From positions 14,632,001-14,696,000 of the forward strand of contig CM022674.1 of NCBI GenBank assembly GCA_012295275.1: a DNA stretch of 64,000 nt. Reading direction: 5' to 3'. Below the pieces are notes generated by a model, which saw only the letters and a program-made list of their open reading frames with translations, searched no databases and was not told the origin of the DNA. The position numbers and the translations under genes were made by a program. Positions within the stretch are counted from its first letter, which is position 1. Every line of letters begins with the position of its first letter. Below are positions 34,889-48,730 of the stretch, in pieces. This DNA comes from Chrysomallon squamiferum. Its lineage: Eukaryota > Animalia > Mollusca.

Positions 34889-36738
34889 CATGTCTGTATG
34901 TGTGTGTGTATGTGTGCATGTGTGTGTATGTGTGAGTGTATGTGGTGTGTGTCTGTGTGAGTGTGTATGTGCATGTGTGTGTGGTGTGTGTGTGTGTATG
35001 TGTGTGTCTGTGTGTTTTTGAGAAAGACAGTGGGAGTTAAATCAAATATTCAAAACAAAAAGACATTAAAGTCAGTGACTTTATTTAGCAGTTTTTGAAA
35101 ACTGACAGAATTCACAACAGTGTACTTACATGATTATGTAAATAAAAACAATGGCGTCTTCATTCATGATATTTGTTTGTTTTTTTTAAATAATATTATT
35201 TACAGTATTATTTTACAAAGTAATTAATTATATAAATATTTTATGACATGCAGTTAATAAATAGATCAATATAAATAAAGACAAATATTTTCTGTCATAA
35301 ATAAATAAACAGAATTTACCCTTTTAAAAATTCTTTTCCATTTCAAAAATCAGTGTTTTCGTTTTGAAATTTACAAATTAAAAAAAAAAAAAAAAAAAAA
35401 AAAAGAGTAAAATTATGAAGATATTATTTTTGATGCCCTATGTTACTCTTTCAAGACATTATATATATCTTGAAATGTTAGTTATATGTTTAAAAATTAA
35501 AATAATTTAGTAATGTAACAAATATCTAACATTTTAATTAAATATTGTACTAATTATTTGAATTAGTGAAACTGAAGAAAATGAAAAAAAAAGCAAATAA
35601 TCTTAGTAATAAATAATGATAAAAAAATAAACAAATATCTTGTAGATGGAATGTTACATGTCTGTCTGTTTTGTATTTTCCAGACAATAACAAACATATA
35701 TGTACAATAACAATAAATAAATATTAATAAAAATAATAATTTGATCAAATTAAAGCTGACATTCATGAGTTAAACAATAATGTGAAAAATTACACATATT
35801 CAAATCAAAGCAATGTTGTTCTTCTTTTTTAATTAAAAATACATTTTAAGTTTTCAGTTTTTAATCTTAGTTAGTTCTTAGTTTTAATCTTAGAAAGTAT
35901 CTTAAATTTACATAACAGACAGATTTAAAAAACATGAATATTTTAAATAATGATCAAAAACATTTCATTCTTTTACAGAAATATCATAAAATTAAAACAT
36001 TTAATACAGTGATAGACAAATATTTGTAATAATATCTCCACAACAGAAAATTAAATCTGTTAAAATTGTTTCTTATCAAGAAGATATGTAATATATAAAA
36101 TCTTGCACTGATAAATTAACAGTAATGTAAAACAAAAAGAGAGAAAAATAGAAAGGACAATGCAAGAAAAAGATGAATATAAAAGAGTAAAAAAATATAA
36201 TTAAATTAATTGAACAGTATGAACATGTCTACGATGCAAATAAAATAAGTGAATAATTATTAATCTTCAGAACAAAATTAAAGTCAGCATCACCAGTACG
36301 TAGTGAAATAGGTGGTTTCAACAAAAAAACTGTTACAGAGAAAATCTATTACACACTCGACAAAACATTTACACATTTACAGAACAATTAATTTTAAAAC
36401 ACTCCTCAACTAGTTTACAGATTTTTACAGATTGGAATAATAATAATAATTAATAGTAATAATCACTGAAATGAAATTTAATAAAAAGAAAAAACATATA
36501 AAGAAAACAAAATAGACTATTTTTCACATTCATATAGAAATGTGAACACAAATATTTTTATTCAGTTATTAAGGCACCAGTTTCATATATATATCAGTAG
36601 ACTAACAATAATAATATTAGCATAATAACAACAACAATAATTATAATAATAATGATAATGATAATAACATAATAACTATTACAATAATTATAATAATAAT
36701 GATAATAATAATAACATAATAACTATTACAATAATTAT

Positions 36739-36792
<54 letters not shown>

Positions 36793-37566
36793 TGAAATGA
36801 TGATAATAATAATAGTAATACTATTACTACTACTACTACTAATAGTAATAGTAATAATAATAACAATAGTAATAATAATAACAAATATAATAATAAATCA
36901 ATAATAATAAAGCAATAATTATAAACAAATAATAACAATTATTCTGATGTCAATAATAATAATAATAATAAATAATAATAATAATAATAATAATAAGAAT
37001 AATAATAAGAATAATAAGAATAAAATTGTAATTAACACTAAAACAACAAAGACATACTGAAACTCTGCAGCAGTAATGTACTGCTTTCTTTCATTGACTA
37101 ATTTATTAAGGCACCAATAAAAAGCAAGAATGAACAAATCTGCTAGAAGGACAGACACTCAGAATAGCAGCTAAAATTAATTTACAAATACTGGACAGAC
37201 TAACAGAAGTAAAATAAAAAATACTGTACAAAGATAAATAATACTGAATTTAGAGAGGAATACACAGAGAATTACAGAAACAAAGTTTGAAAATGGTAGC
37301 AGAAGTTGTAAAAAATAAATAATAACACTGGACAGAAACATGGAATAACAGACAGTTTAGAATTAAGAAATCAGCTGCAAAACACTGAAAACAACTAAAC
37401 TATGAATGTGATGAATTTCTGATTTAATTCAAAACTTTCACATCAAGTCTCTGTGTTAAAGAGGTCACAAGTGTAATTTTGTGTTTTTGCCTGAAGCATA
37501 TAAAATATTATCTTCATTGTTACTTACTAATCAAGCTAGAAACAAAATATATTAAAAATTGTAAAA

Positions 37567-37598
<32 letters not shown>

Positions 37599-37801
37599 AG
37601 TAAACTATGTTAAAGAGAATTCTTTAAAATAGAGTGGGGTTTATTGAAGGTTTTTTTTTTTTTTTTAATTAAACCAAAGTTGTATTGTTTTAATGTATTT
37701 CATTATTTTTTATGTGAAATTTTTCTGTGGTTTAACAAATGTCACAAAATTTTACATTCACCTTGAAACTCACCACATTGTTTACAAACTAACACCAGTC
37801 T

Positions 37802-37855
<54 letters not shown>

Positions 37856-38591
37856 GACAATAACATTAATAACATCAATAATAAAAATAACAATTTAGGA
37901 TTTAACACAATTTTTGTTTTTTTACTAAGACAAACTTTGATCTATCTGTACTTTCAAACATTTTACTTCTGTGAACTGTGTAAAAGCATAACACATGTGC
38001 ATAAATCTAAATGCTAAAAGTGTTCCCCCGTGAATCTACAAAACAAAACAAACTTTTAACATAAAAACTAAAAGAACAAGTTTTTAAGAAAATTACATCT
38101 CACTATTAATAAAAAATAAATATTTCAGCTGTTTCACAAAAGTTGTTATATAAAAGTGTAACTTATGTGTTATCAGTAGTAACAGTTGCTGTTATTTGTT
38201 AGCAGAACAGAACTTAGCACTTCAGCAGTAAAACTGTAAAATGACAACATGTGTGTACTTTCCTTCCCTGTTTTTCAGAATTAGAGACAAATTACAGAGT
38301 AAAATGACAACATGTGTACTATAAATCTTCCTCATGATTAGCATTCTCCAAAACACATCATCCAGTGTTCCAGAATAAAATAATAAAATGTACATAACAT
38401 TTTAGAGTAAAACTGTAACATGTTTATTTATATTGTTCCAAAAAATAACGATGCACCAAAAATGTTAAAAGAACAACTAATGTGTATTTTCATGAGGTTT
38501 AAGAAATCTGATATTTTCTTCATAGTTGCGATTTTAAATAACAAAGTCGTTCTGCATACATAGAAAATGTAACTCAAATGTAAATGAACAA

Positions 38592-38762
38592 AACACCTCT
38601 GTTTAAACACCTGTATTTAAACACCTGCATTCAAACACCTGTCTTTAAACATCTGTATTTAAACACCTGCATTCAAACACCTGTCTTTAAACACCTGCAT
38701 TCAAACACCTGTCTTTAAACACCTGCATTCAAACACCTGTCTTTAAACACCTGTATTTAAAC
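38592..38762. repeat. 15-bp-type tandem array (aaacacctgtcttt/aaacacctgcattc variants)
   Basis: About 11 copies of aaacacctg-N in the region 3' of the UBX gene. Confidence 0.85.
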
Positions 38763-38777
38763 TCAGCTAAAAAAAAA

Positions 38778-39168
38778 TCACAATGAGACACTGAATCTAT
38801 TTTTTGTTTTTTCAGAATAAGATACAAATTTAATAAAATCACAACAAGTGTGTACTTTATCCATGTTTTTTTTCAGAATTAGAGACAACTTAGAGAGTAA
38901 AATCACAACATGTGTGTACTTTCCTTCCCTGTTTTTCAGAATTAGAGACAAATTACAGAGTAAAATCACAACATGTGTGTACTTTCCTTCCCTGTTTTTC
39001 AGAATTAGAGAGTAAAATCACAACCCGTGTGTGTACTTTCCTTCCCTGTTTTTCAGAATTAGAGACAAATTACAGAGTAAAATGACAACCCGTGTGTGTA
39101 CTTTCCTTCCCTGTTTTTCAGAATTAGAGACAAATTAAAGAGTAAAATGACAACCCGTGTGTGTTACT
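38778..39168. repeat. About 62-bp tandem array starting at the UBX-gene stop codon
   Basis: Unit gtgtgtactttccttccctgtttttcagaattagagacaaattacagagtaaaat(c/g)acaac; a detached copy lies at about 38225-38320. Confidence 0.88.
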
Positions 39169-40927
39169 TCTGAGTCTGTTCGAAGTACAGCAGTGTGCGA
39201 TCCTGCAGTCCGACTTGCTCGCACGTTTGATCAAAGTCTGTAAAAACTCGCCTTGGAGCATTACACGCCACAGAGCAGCCTGCAAGTTTCACCCCAGCAA
39301 CACTCTCCGCAAACAGAACCACCTGCCTCAGTGTGCTCGCAGGTCTGAAGTATCTCTGGAATCGCTGGCCATCAGGGGGAAGTTTGACAGCAAGCAGCAA
39401 ACGTTCCTCCTGGTCTCCGGGCTCGGGCGACAAACACACTCTCTCGTTCTCTGGAAGATTTCTCTACATTTTCACACTCGACTTCTCCCCTCTCCGACTG
39501 CTTTTCCTCATCTAACAAGTTCTCACTCATCTGAAAATTGTGTGATTCATCTCCAGCTTCTCGTTTTCGATACAGTGACCTGGTTTCTCTGTTTGTCTGT
39601 TGTCTGTTATTCTGTAGTTCGCTGTCAAGGTTTAGTTTATCAGTGTGGACAACAAGCCTGTGCATTTCTCCTGATTCATCTATCTTTGTTCCAATTGATG
39701 GAAGAGGCTGAAATTTTGACAGTGATGAGCGAGGTCGCAGAATAGGCACATCTGAAATATACATTACACATTTAGATGTATATTTACATCAGAAATATAC
39801 ATTACACATTTAGATGTATATTTACATCTGAAATATACATTACACATTTAGATGTATATTTACACATCTGTAACATATATTTATATCTGAAATGTATGTT
39901 TACACACTGGAAATATATACCTACACATCTAAAATTGTATCTACATTTGAAATGTGTATTTAAATTTGAAATGCATAATTAAATTTGAAATGTGCCTCCA
40001 AAATTAAACTGATTTTCAGACTTACCAAACACTGATGTCGTGTGAACACTGCTGTGTCTTCGACTTGATTTTTGTAGCAGATTTTTTGATCTTTCACTAC
40101 TAGAGACTGCATGAAAAGGGAAGTAACTTTGATCATCCAAACTGGAGTGGTCTGTATTCTTAAGTCCTCTGTCTCTGAAATAATCAAAAATAACCTAAAA
40201 ATCTTAAAATATTTAGTTGTTTTTTGTTGGGTAATAAATTTGTATTTTCTGTCATTTAATTATCTACATAAAATGTAATTAATTTGCAAACAAAAATTAT
40301 AAATAGAAGTGATTACCACAAATGTGAAATAACTAATAAATAAAAGTAATTATCAAAGTTGGAGGTTCTGGGAACTGTGAGAAGGTAAGATATTTTTAAC
40401 ACTGAAATAAACAAAACTGATAAATAATGTTAAGTGTTTAAAAGGTGATAAGATAGAAAAATTAAGATATTATAATATCTGTAAATAAATAAATAAAAAA
40501 ATGATTAAAAGAATTTAAATATTATTAGGATGTGTGTGAAAAGAGAAGTTTAGATATTTTTAATACTAAAGCATCCATAAACAAACTTATGAAAAGAGAT
40601 GTTCAGATTTTTTCTTACTAAAACAAATATACAAGTGTTTTGTTTATCTTACACAAGTTCCTGGCCTGAAAGAGAATGTCCTCTGCGAGAGGCTGCTCTC
40701 TCACATCCTTCAACCCTGGCTGGCTCCGAAACACTAACATTTCGTGGAAGAAATTCCTGGTCACACATGCCTGGTTTTTCTAGTTGTTTATCCTGGTTCT
40801 CTTCCCAGGAAATCTGCTCTATCCTGTCAGGATACTGGTAGTCCCTCCTCACTGGTTTTGTCTCCTGGTAAACTGAATTTCCTGTACTTGCACGGCGACC
40901 ATGGCTGGTTTTTGGTCTTTCAAACAT
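39164..40927 (-). CDS. UBXN10: UBX domain-containing protein, UBXN10-like, with a frame break (or 76-nt intron) in the last exon
   Basis: Exons 40927(ATG; acceptor 40953)-40653, 40174-40026 and 39751-39164. An upstream exon 42645-42540 is in frame and could extend the N-terminus. The motifs RPKTSHGRR and SSLSKFQPLPSI resemble UBXN10, and the C-terminal UBX reads RLLLAVKLPPDGQRFQRYFRPASTL...GLQDRTLLYFE. Confidence 0.75.
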
Positions 40928-42165
40928 TGTATACGACTTGACATCTATAACCTCTGATAAATGAAAAACAAACACACTCACAGTTATCAGTAGGTTGTAA
41001 CAAGTGAGGAAGAAATGTTTAATAGAAAACTCCATACGTTTTATAGCACAATTTTATATATTATATAATATATAGAATTTTAATATATAATTTTATAAAA
41101 TGAAGTCAAACTTTAATAATTCAAACTTGAAGGGATCAGAAAAATCATTTTCAAATTTTAAAAATTCAAATATTTACCAGTTTGTTTCAATGAATATACT
41201 ACAGTAAACACACACTCTTCAGCATTTTGTAAACCAAGTAAATAACAAAACCAATAATAGATACAATCAAATGAATTTGACATACACACACACACACACA
41301 TACACACACACACACAACAAATGAAATTCCTGATAAATAAAAGAGCTAAAACAAATGAAACATACATGTTCATATGTTACTGACAAGATAAATTAAAATA
41401 TATAACCAAAAATTAATTCAAAATTCATATATTTTCATATTTCTATGTGAAACCAAACATCAGTCAATGACAGTTCACTGCATAAAGAAAACTGTCTGCA
41501 GTTGTGTGTGAAACAGTCTTAGTGTGAAACATAACAGACGTGTAGTACTTCCAAATCAATGCTTCGTTATTACCAACAGCTTTATCATCCCAGTGCTTCG
41601 AGTTTTCAAAGGCTAATTTCTATTAAAACATTAGAATGGGATCACAGAATGACAATGAGAAACAGGGATTTTTGAGTTGTCAGTGTTTGAAGGTTGCTAG
41701 GTTACACTGCAGATTAGCCAGGACCAGACTTTCATTTTGAGAGTTCAAGATTTTCCAGAGACTGAAGCTGATTTATAGATTAGGTAATGTGAGAAGAAAA
41801 CCACTCTTTTCAGTCAGCAGGAAAAATTTGTTTCTATAAGCATTCCCTTACACAGCATATTACATGTCACAGCCTTTGATAACGCAACAGTGTAAATAGT
41901 AACACAGAGGCATCAAGAACAACTGACATTAGATCAAACTATGTCTCTAGCAATCATTCTATCACTGGACATCTCAAACAAGTGCAAGCAGTAATAGAAT
42001 CTAAACAACAACAGAAATAAACAAATAACAAAAACAAATGATAATGGTAAATAACATTGTTAAAAGTATAAATAAATAAGTTTTGTGACTAATTTGGAAG
42101 TTTTATACTATTTTGCCTGCATTTTCATTTACCAAAATAATATTATATATATTTTAAATTATGCG

Positions 42166-42249
<84 letters not shown>

Positions 42250-42599
42250 TATTGTTATTATTATCTCTTGATTTAAACTGTACGAAGATTATCATGTTCA
42301 TTTATTGATACCAAGGGATTCTTTGTTTTAGTTTAATATTCTGGTGATATCCGTTTTACAAATAAAATATGACACAATGAAGATATATCACTATATCACA
42401 CATTCCACTGTTCAGGAAATGGCGGTGCACGATAATATATAATTAGGAGTCAAATACATTGTTTTTCTATATTTAATTCTAAGCATCACTGTGCTGGTAT
42501 TGATGGAAATAAAAAGATGACACATGTGATGTAGGATACCTTTCGATACAGGAGTGTGTGAAGACGACACAGAAGGAAATGCTTCTGAACTGACGTATT

Positions 42600-42747
42600 C
42601 ATTACAAGCATCATATCTTCCATGGCGACTAAATGGCCTCGCCATGCGTTGGTTAGTGACGCATTTTACTTCCTTAAGAAGGAGCACCACACCACGTATT
42701 TAAAAAATATAATTTTTATTTTTTATTTTTAAATAAATTCTTAAATA

Positions 42748-42796
<49 letters not shown>

Positions 42797-42985
42797 GTCT
42801 CTTTTTGATATTTTAAACTGATTACTCAGTAATATTAACATCCAGAAAGAATCTAAGATGTCAACATTTATTTTCAAGCGTGCTTCCTACTGAAGTTAGA
42901 AAATTACAAAAGAAGAAACGAGAAAGTGGCTAGTTGATTAGTTTTGTTATTTTTAAAGTTTATTTACCTGAAGTCATAAGACAAA
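42600..42985. promoter_or_regulatory. Probable bidirectional promoter for UBXN10-like and ELP5, with RFX X-box-like motifs
   Basis: First exons are head-to-head within about 400 nt; GTCGCCATGGAAG (minus, 42629-42617) and GTTGGTTAGTGAC (42648-42660). Confidence 0.5.
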
Positions 42986-43165
42986 ATGTTGAAAGAACTG
43001 TGTAATGGAATCGAAGGATCTAAATGTATTTTAATAAAAGGTTCGTGCGTTTAACAGTTTTATCGTTTGCCTTATAATATAATGATTGTAATATGTTACG
43101 TAAGTTATTATTATTACTATTAGTAGTAGTAGTATTTTACTGTTTGATTATTTTTTATATCAATC

Positions 43166-43229
<64 letters not shown>

Positions 43230-43472
43230 ATCGCAATAGGAAAAGGTAGGATGTTCAATAGCCAAAACCATGACATTAATTTGTCAGAAATGGACAATTA
43301 TTTGATATGTGATTGTTTATTTTGATGAACAATGGTTATGGATGTAGTTGTATACGTCGAAAATAAACACACTGATTTAACTCCCATTGTCTTTCGCACC
43401 CCCCATCCACACACACACACCCATCCCCCCACACCCCATCCACCCACACACCCCCACACCAAGACACAAAGA

Positions 43473-43516
<44 letters not shown>

Positions 43517-46500
43517 ATATATATAATTTAATGTGTTTAATTTTAAATTTAATTTTTTGTTTTGTTTTTATATTAGCATTATTTCAGCATAAGTTATTAT
43601 TATTGGTGTTGTAAATAAATTAATAATAAAACAACAGCAGCAGCAACAATAGCAGTAAGAGTTTATTTATTAGTTCAAAATGATTTGTGTTTGCCATGAT
43701 TAACTTACACATCTCAGATTAGGAGAAATACATACATATATATATATATATATTTATTATTATTATTATTATTTTTCATGTTTCAGACAGCATTGAGCAA
43801 TCAGGTTGTTGTATGTTTCTGAGTTTAGTTGAAGCTTTATCTCAAAGGTAAGGTTAAAAAACACAAAATTCAGGGGTGGGGGGCCATATCTCCCAAACCA
43901 CTTGTCTGATTGGCCTAAAATTTCAGATTTGGTGTTTTGGGATCCACTCAACAAGTATAGAAAACTTTCATAAAAATCTGAGACAGTCGGGTTTAACCCA
44001 TTGGGTGATTTGACAGAGAATGACCTGTATATATTTATATTTTGACAGCTGTATAGTTATACATATATACATACATATTTATATTTGTTTCAGAGTGGAT
44101 CGTGTTGTGTTGTTCTGTTGGGAGAAGCCTCCACGTTACTACTCTGATATGATACCAACAAATCTTATAGACAAGTGTGTAAATATATTATTATTATTGT
44201 TGTTGTCATTATTATTATCTTGGTGTAAATATGTTTAAGTCAGATATTTTACCTACAGCATATTAATAAGTTTAATTTTGAAGGATAAAAGCTTATGGAG
44301 ATACTTTCCTTTATGATACACATCAGGAAAAAGTTTCACAATATTTAATTAAACATAAGCTGATTGATAAACTGGTTAGTGTGATCAAAATTAAGTGTTG
44401 ATTCAGCTGTCTGCTGTACAACCAACAAAACTTGAAGAAAGAAAAATTTTATATTTAGTATCACAATAGAAATATTTTATGTCTTTAAAAACTTATGTTT
44501 ATTAAAATAAAAGTATTTAGTAAAAGGAGAAATTAATTAAATTAATATTTAAATGTGTATTAAAGAAAATTTTAATGTATTTTTTTGGTTTGTCTGAATA
44601 TAGTATTTATAGCAGATATGTGATAAATTTTGTAATAAATTTGTTTTCCTTTATTTAGAATTGTAACAAAATATAATATTTAAAATTAAAGTTGAATATT
44701 AGTTTAAAAAAAAAAAAAAACAAATGCATATTTTTTATTTAGAATTGATTTCGTGGACTGTACAACTGACCCAGCAAACTGGCTGGACACAGGTGGGCTG
44801 ACAGTGGACACGAGCTTGACCAGTGTTGTAGATGAACATTTAAAAGATGGAGACAAGAGATGTGGAGTAGCTGTAGACAGTCTGACTTTGTTTTTACTTC
44901 ATCACCCTGCAGCACACACCTGCCAGGAATTACACAGGTTAAAGCAACACAAAACTACAGGTAAATCATTTCTTATTATTTTTAATAAAATTTAAATTTC
45001 AGTGTACCTTGTGATAAAATATTTTATCATTAAAAATTCAGTTTTATGCAACACAGGTGTGTGTTTTTTTTTTACAGAATTTTGACTTTGAGCTGTAGTA
45101 TTATTATATTTTTCTACAACTGTGTATTTTAACTAATAGTTGTAGAATTATATTTTGTCTAATAGTTGTATTATTATATTTTGACTAAGTCTGTATAATT
45201 GTATTTTGACTGACAGCTATATATTAATATTTTCACTAACATCTGTATAATTATATTTTGACAAACAGCTGTTTTAAGTATGTTTATCTTAAAGTGAATA
45301 ATTATATTTTGACTAACAACTGTGTAATTTGTTTTTAACTAACTACTATATAATTATATTTTGACTGTATTATTTTACTTTGACTAACTTGTGTTTATTT
45401 ATATTTATCTTAAGCAGAAGAATTAAATTTTGACTAAATATCACTATTATGTGTTACTTATGTTGTGTTGTAGAACAGGTAATATCTCTGGTGCACACTG
45501 ACATTCACAGCAGTCATGAAATAACCACATTAGAACACATAGCAAACACTTCAGTGAGTGTTACATCATCGCCAAGTCAACAGTACAACATCTTGTGTAG
45601 TATTGTACATCGGCGAGTCTCAGGCAAAGTTATAAAATCTGTGAGTATTTTTTTTTTTTTAGCTATTAAAACATTAACTAAAATACACGTATAATCTGAT
45701 CTGATCTTTGGTAGGATTTGATTTCTATTATAAATGTCTTATATATTCAAATTAAAATTGATAAAATTAATTAATATTTTTACCTAATTATTGTTTATAA
45801 GAAAAAGGATAAAAATAGATATACAAAGACATCTGAAGGAAAAACATGACAGAAATTTGAAACTTTTTAAATGTTAAACATCTAAAAGGATAACTGCTGC
45901 ATTTGATGTAGAAAATATGTGAGCTATGGAACTGATGTGGAATGTTTATTTTTGTTTTTTAAGACAGAACTTGTAAAACTTGATGGTTCACACATACTTA
46001 GTACCACAGACTGGCAACAACAAGATGTGAATGTTTTTTCTAAGCAAACAGAAACAGTGAGTTCTTAACAGTTGTGTTATTTACACTGAAACATAGATAT
46101 TACCAGCAGCTGTTATTTACACTGAAACATAGTTATTACCAGCAGCTGTGTTATTTACACTGAAACATAGTTATTACCAGCAGCTGTGTTATTGACACTG
46201 AAACATAGATATTACCAGCAGCTGTATTATTTACACTGAAACATAGTTATTACCAGCAGCTGTATTATTTACACTGAAACATAGTTATTACCAGCAGCTG
46301 TTATTTACACTGAAACATAGTTATTACCAGCAGCTGTGTTATTTACACTGAAACATAGTTATTACCAGCAGTTGTGTTATTTACACTGAAACATAGTTAT
46401 TACCAGCAGCTGTGTTATTTACACTGAAACATAGTTATTACCAGCAGCTGTTATTTACACTGAAACATAGTTATTACCAGCAGCTGTGTTATTTACACTG

Positions 46501-48250
46501 AAACATAGTTATTACCAGCAGTTGTGTTATTTACACTGAAACATAGTTATTACAAGCAGCTGTGTTATTTACACTGAAACATAGTTATTACCAGCAGTTG
46601 TGTTATTTACACTGAAACATAGTTATTACAAGCAGCTGTGTTATTTACACTGAAACATAGTTATTACCAGCAGTTGTGTTATTTACACTGAAACATAGTT
46701 ATTACAAGCAGCTGTGTTATTTACACTGAAACATAGTTATTACCAGCAGTTGTGTTATTTACACTGAAACATAGTTATTACAAGCAGCTGTGTTATTTAC
46801 ACTGAAACATAGTTATTTCCAGCAGTTGTGTTAGTTACACTGAAACATAGTTATTACAAGCAGCTGTGTTATTTACACTGAAACATAGTTATTACCAGCA
46901 GCTGTTATTTACACTGAAACATAGTTATTACAAGCAGCTATGTTATTTATGCTGAAACATAGTTATTACCAGCAGCTGTTATTTACACTGAAACATAGTT
47001 ATTACAAGCAGCTGTGTTATTTACACTGAAACATAGTTATTACAAGCAGCTGTGTTATTTACACTGAAACATAGCTATTACCAGCAGCTGTTATTTACAC
47101 TGAAACATAGTTATTACAAGCAGCTGTGTTATTTACACTGAAACATAGTTATTACCAGCAGTTGTGTTATTTACACTGAAACATAGTTATTACAAGCAGC
47201 TGTGTTATTTACACTGAAACATAGCTATTACCAGCAGCTGTTATTTACACTGAAACATAGTTATTACAAGCAGCTGTGTTATTTACACTGAAACATAGTT
47301 ATTACAAGCAGCTGTGTTATTTACACTGAAACATAGTTATTACAACAGCTGTGTTATTTACACTGAAACATAGTTATTACCAGCAGTTGTGTTATTTACA
47401 CTGAAACATAGTTATTACCAGCAGTTGTGTTATTTACACTGAAACATAGTTATTACAAGCAGTTGTGTTATTTACACTGAAACATAGTTATTACCAGCAG
47501 CTGTGTTATTTACACTGAAACATAGTTATTACCAGCAGCTGTGTTATTTACACTGAAACATAGTTATTACAAGCAGCTGTGTTATTTACACCATAATTTA
47601 AGCACAGAGATGCAGATGAATGGACTAAATATATTTCACATATCTGCACTTATAAGAAGAACTAACCTAAAAAAATGGTTTCTAATCACATGAGTGTTTT
47701 ATTTAATAAACATCATGCTTTACTGATAATAAAGTATAATAATAAGATAACTCACTGCAGAATAGGTATGATGAAAATAAAAATGATTACAGGATTATTT
47801 GTTCATTAAATCTTCTTTATCCAGAAAAACATGCCTTGAATTTACATCCTGAGCTGTTAGTGTGGTTTAGACAGATGTAACAGAATTTAGAACTGTTCTG
47901 AAATACTGATAGTTGTCAGTCAGTAGCCAGGTTGAGAAGTCTCTGTTGTTACTGAATATTGTTATTTCAGACTGACCCAGCAGCTAACTTGACCTTCAAC
48001 TTGACTTTGAGTGACCAGGAAAAGGAAGCAAGAAAACATGTTGTGTTACCTTACACTATAGAACAAACCAGGTACTGTTTCACACACTCACACACTCACA
48101 CACACACACACACACACTCACACAGACACACACACACACACGCACGCACAACAAACACACCACACACAACACACACACACTCACACACACACACACCACA
48201 CACACAACACACACACACAACACACACACACACAACACACAACACACACA

Positions 48251-48282
<32 letters not shown>

Positions 48283-48730
48283 AATCTCCAAAACTAAACC
48301 AAAAATAAATAAATTACAAATTATTAATAATCTGCAAAACTAAACCAAAAATAAATAAATTACAAATTATTAATAATTTCAATAAACTTATTCACATGTT
48401 GTGAATAGGTTCCTTGCAGATTGTTAATTTTTCTTCTCAGAAAGAATCTGGCAGCCAAAAACTGGAAATCAGACGCTACTTTTGACTCACTCTCCCTGTG
48501 TAGGTTTTTCAGATAGCATTTTAATATTTCCCTATTTGGACTTCTCCTACATATGTATGGATAAAAGCTTATATGAATATATATATATATAGCTATACAC
48601 ATTTTTATTTTTTTTTTTTTTTTCTAGACAGCATACTGCATTGTCCTCCAGTTCTGCTAAAATTTACTATGCACCTGATGAAGCAGATGACTTTGATGAA
48701 GAAGATCCAGATGATGACCTTGACATCTGA
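42986..48730 (+). CDS. ELP5: Elongator complex protein 5
   Basis: Exons 42986-43040, 43787-43847, 44094-44174, 44743-44960, 45474-45640, 45964-46056, 47971-48071, 48628-48730. Motifs LIKDSIEQSG, DCTTDPANW, VAVDSL, LVHTDIH, DPAANLTFNLTLSDQEKEARKHVVLPY and the diagnostic C-terminus IYYAPDEADDFDEEDPDDDLDI*. Confidence 0.93.
43855..44026. mobile_element. Probable DNA-transposon end fragment in ELP5 intron 2
   Basis: Higher-GC block ending ggtgatttgacagagaatgacc, resembling invertebrate DNA-transposon termini as I remember them; no partner TIR seen. Confidence 0.35.
46070..47592. repeat. 36/38-bp tandem array (about 40 copies) in ELP5 intron 6
   Basis: Unit tgtgttatttacactgaaacatagttatta(c)(c/a)agcagc, starting about 13 nt after the donor at 46057. 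Confidence 0.95.

Noticed and set aside
33370-35021. Cys/Val/Met/His-rich ORFs
   Set aside because: Translations of (TATG)n and (TG)n microsatellites.
35040-38590. Additional gene between the scramblase and UBX genes
   Set aside because: Very AT-rich with no coherent exons; probably long 3'UTR or intergenic sequence.
39161-39745. 194-aa plus-strand ORF
   Set aside because: Antisense shadow of the UBXN10-like last exon with no recognisable motifs.
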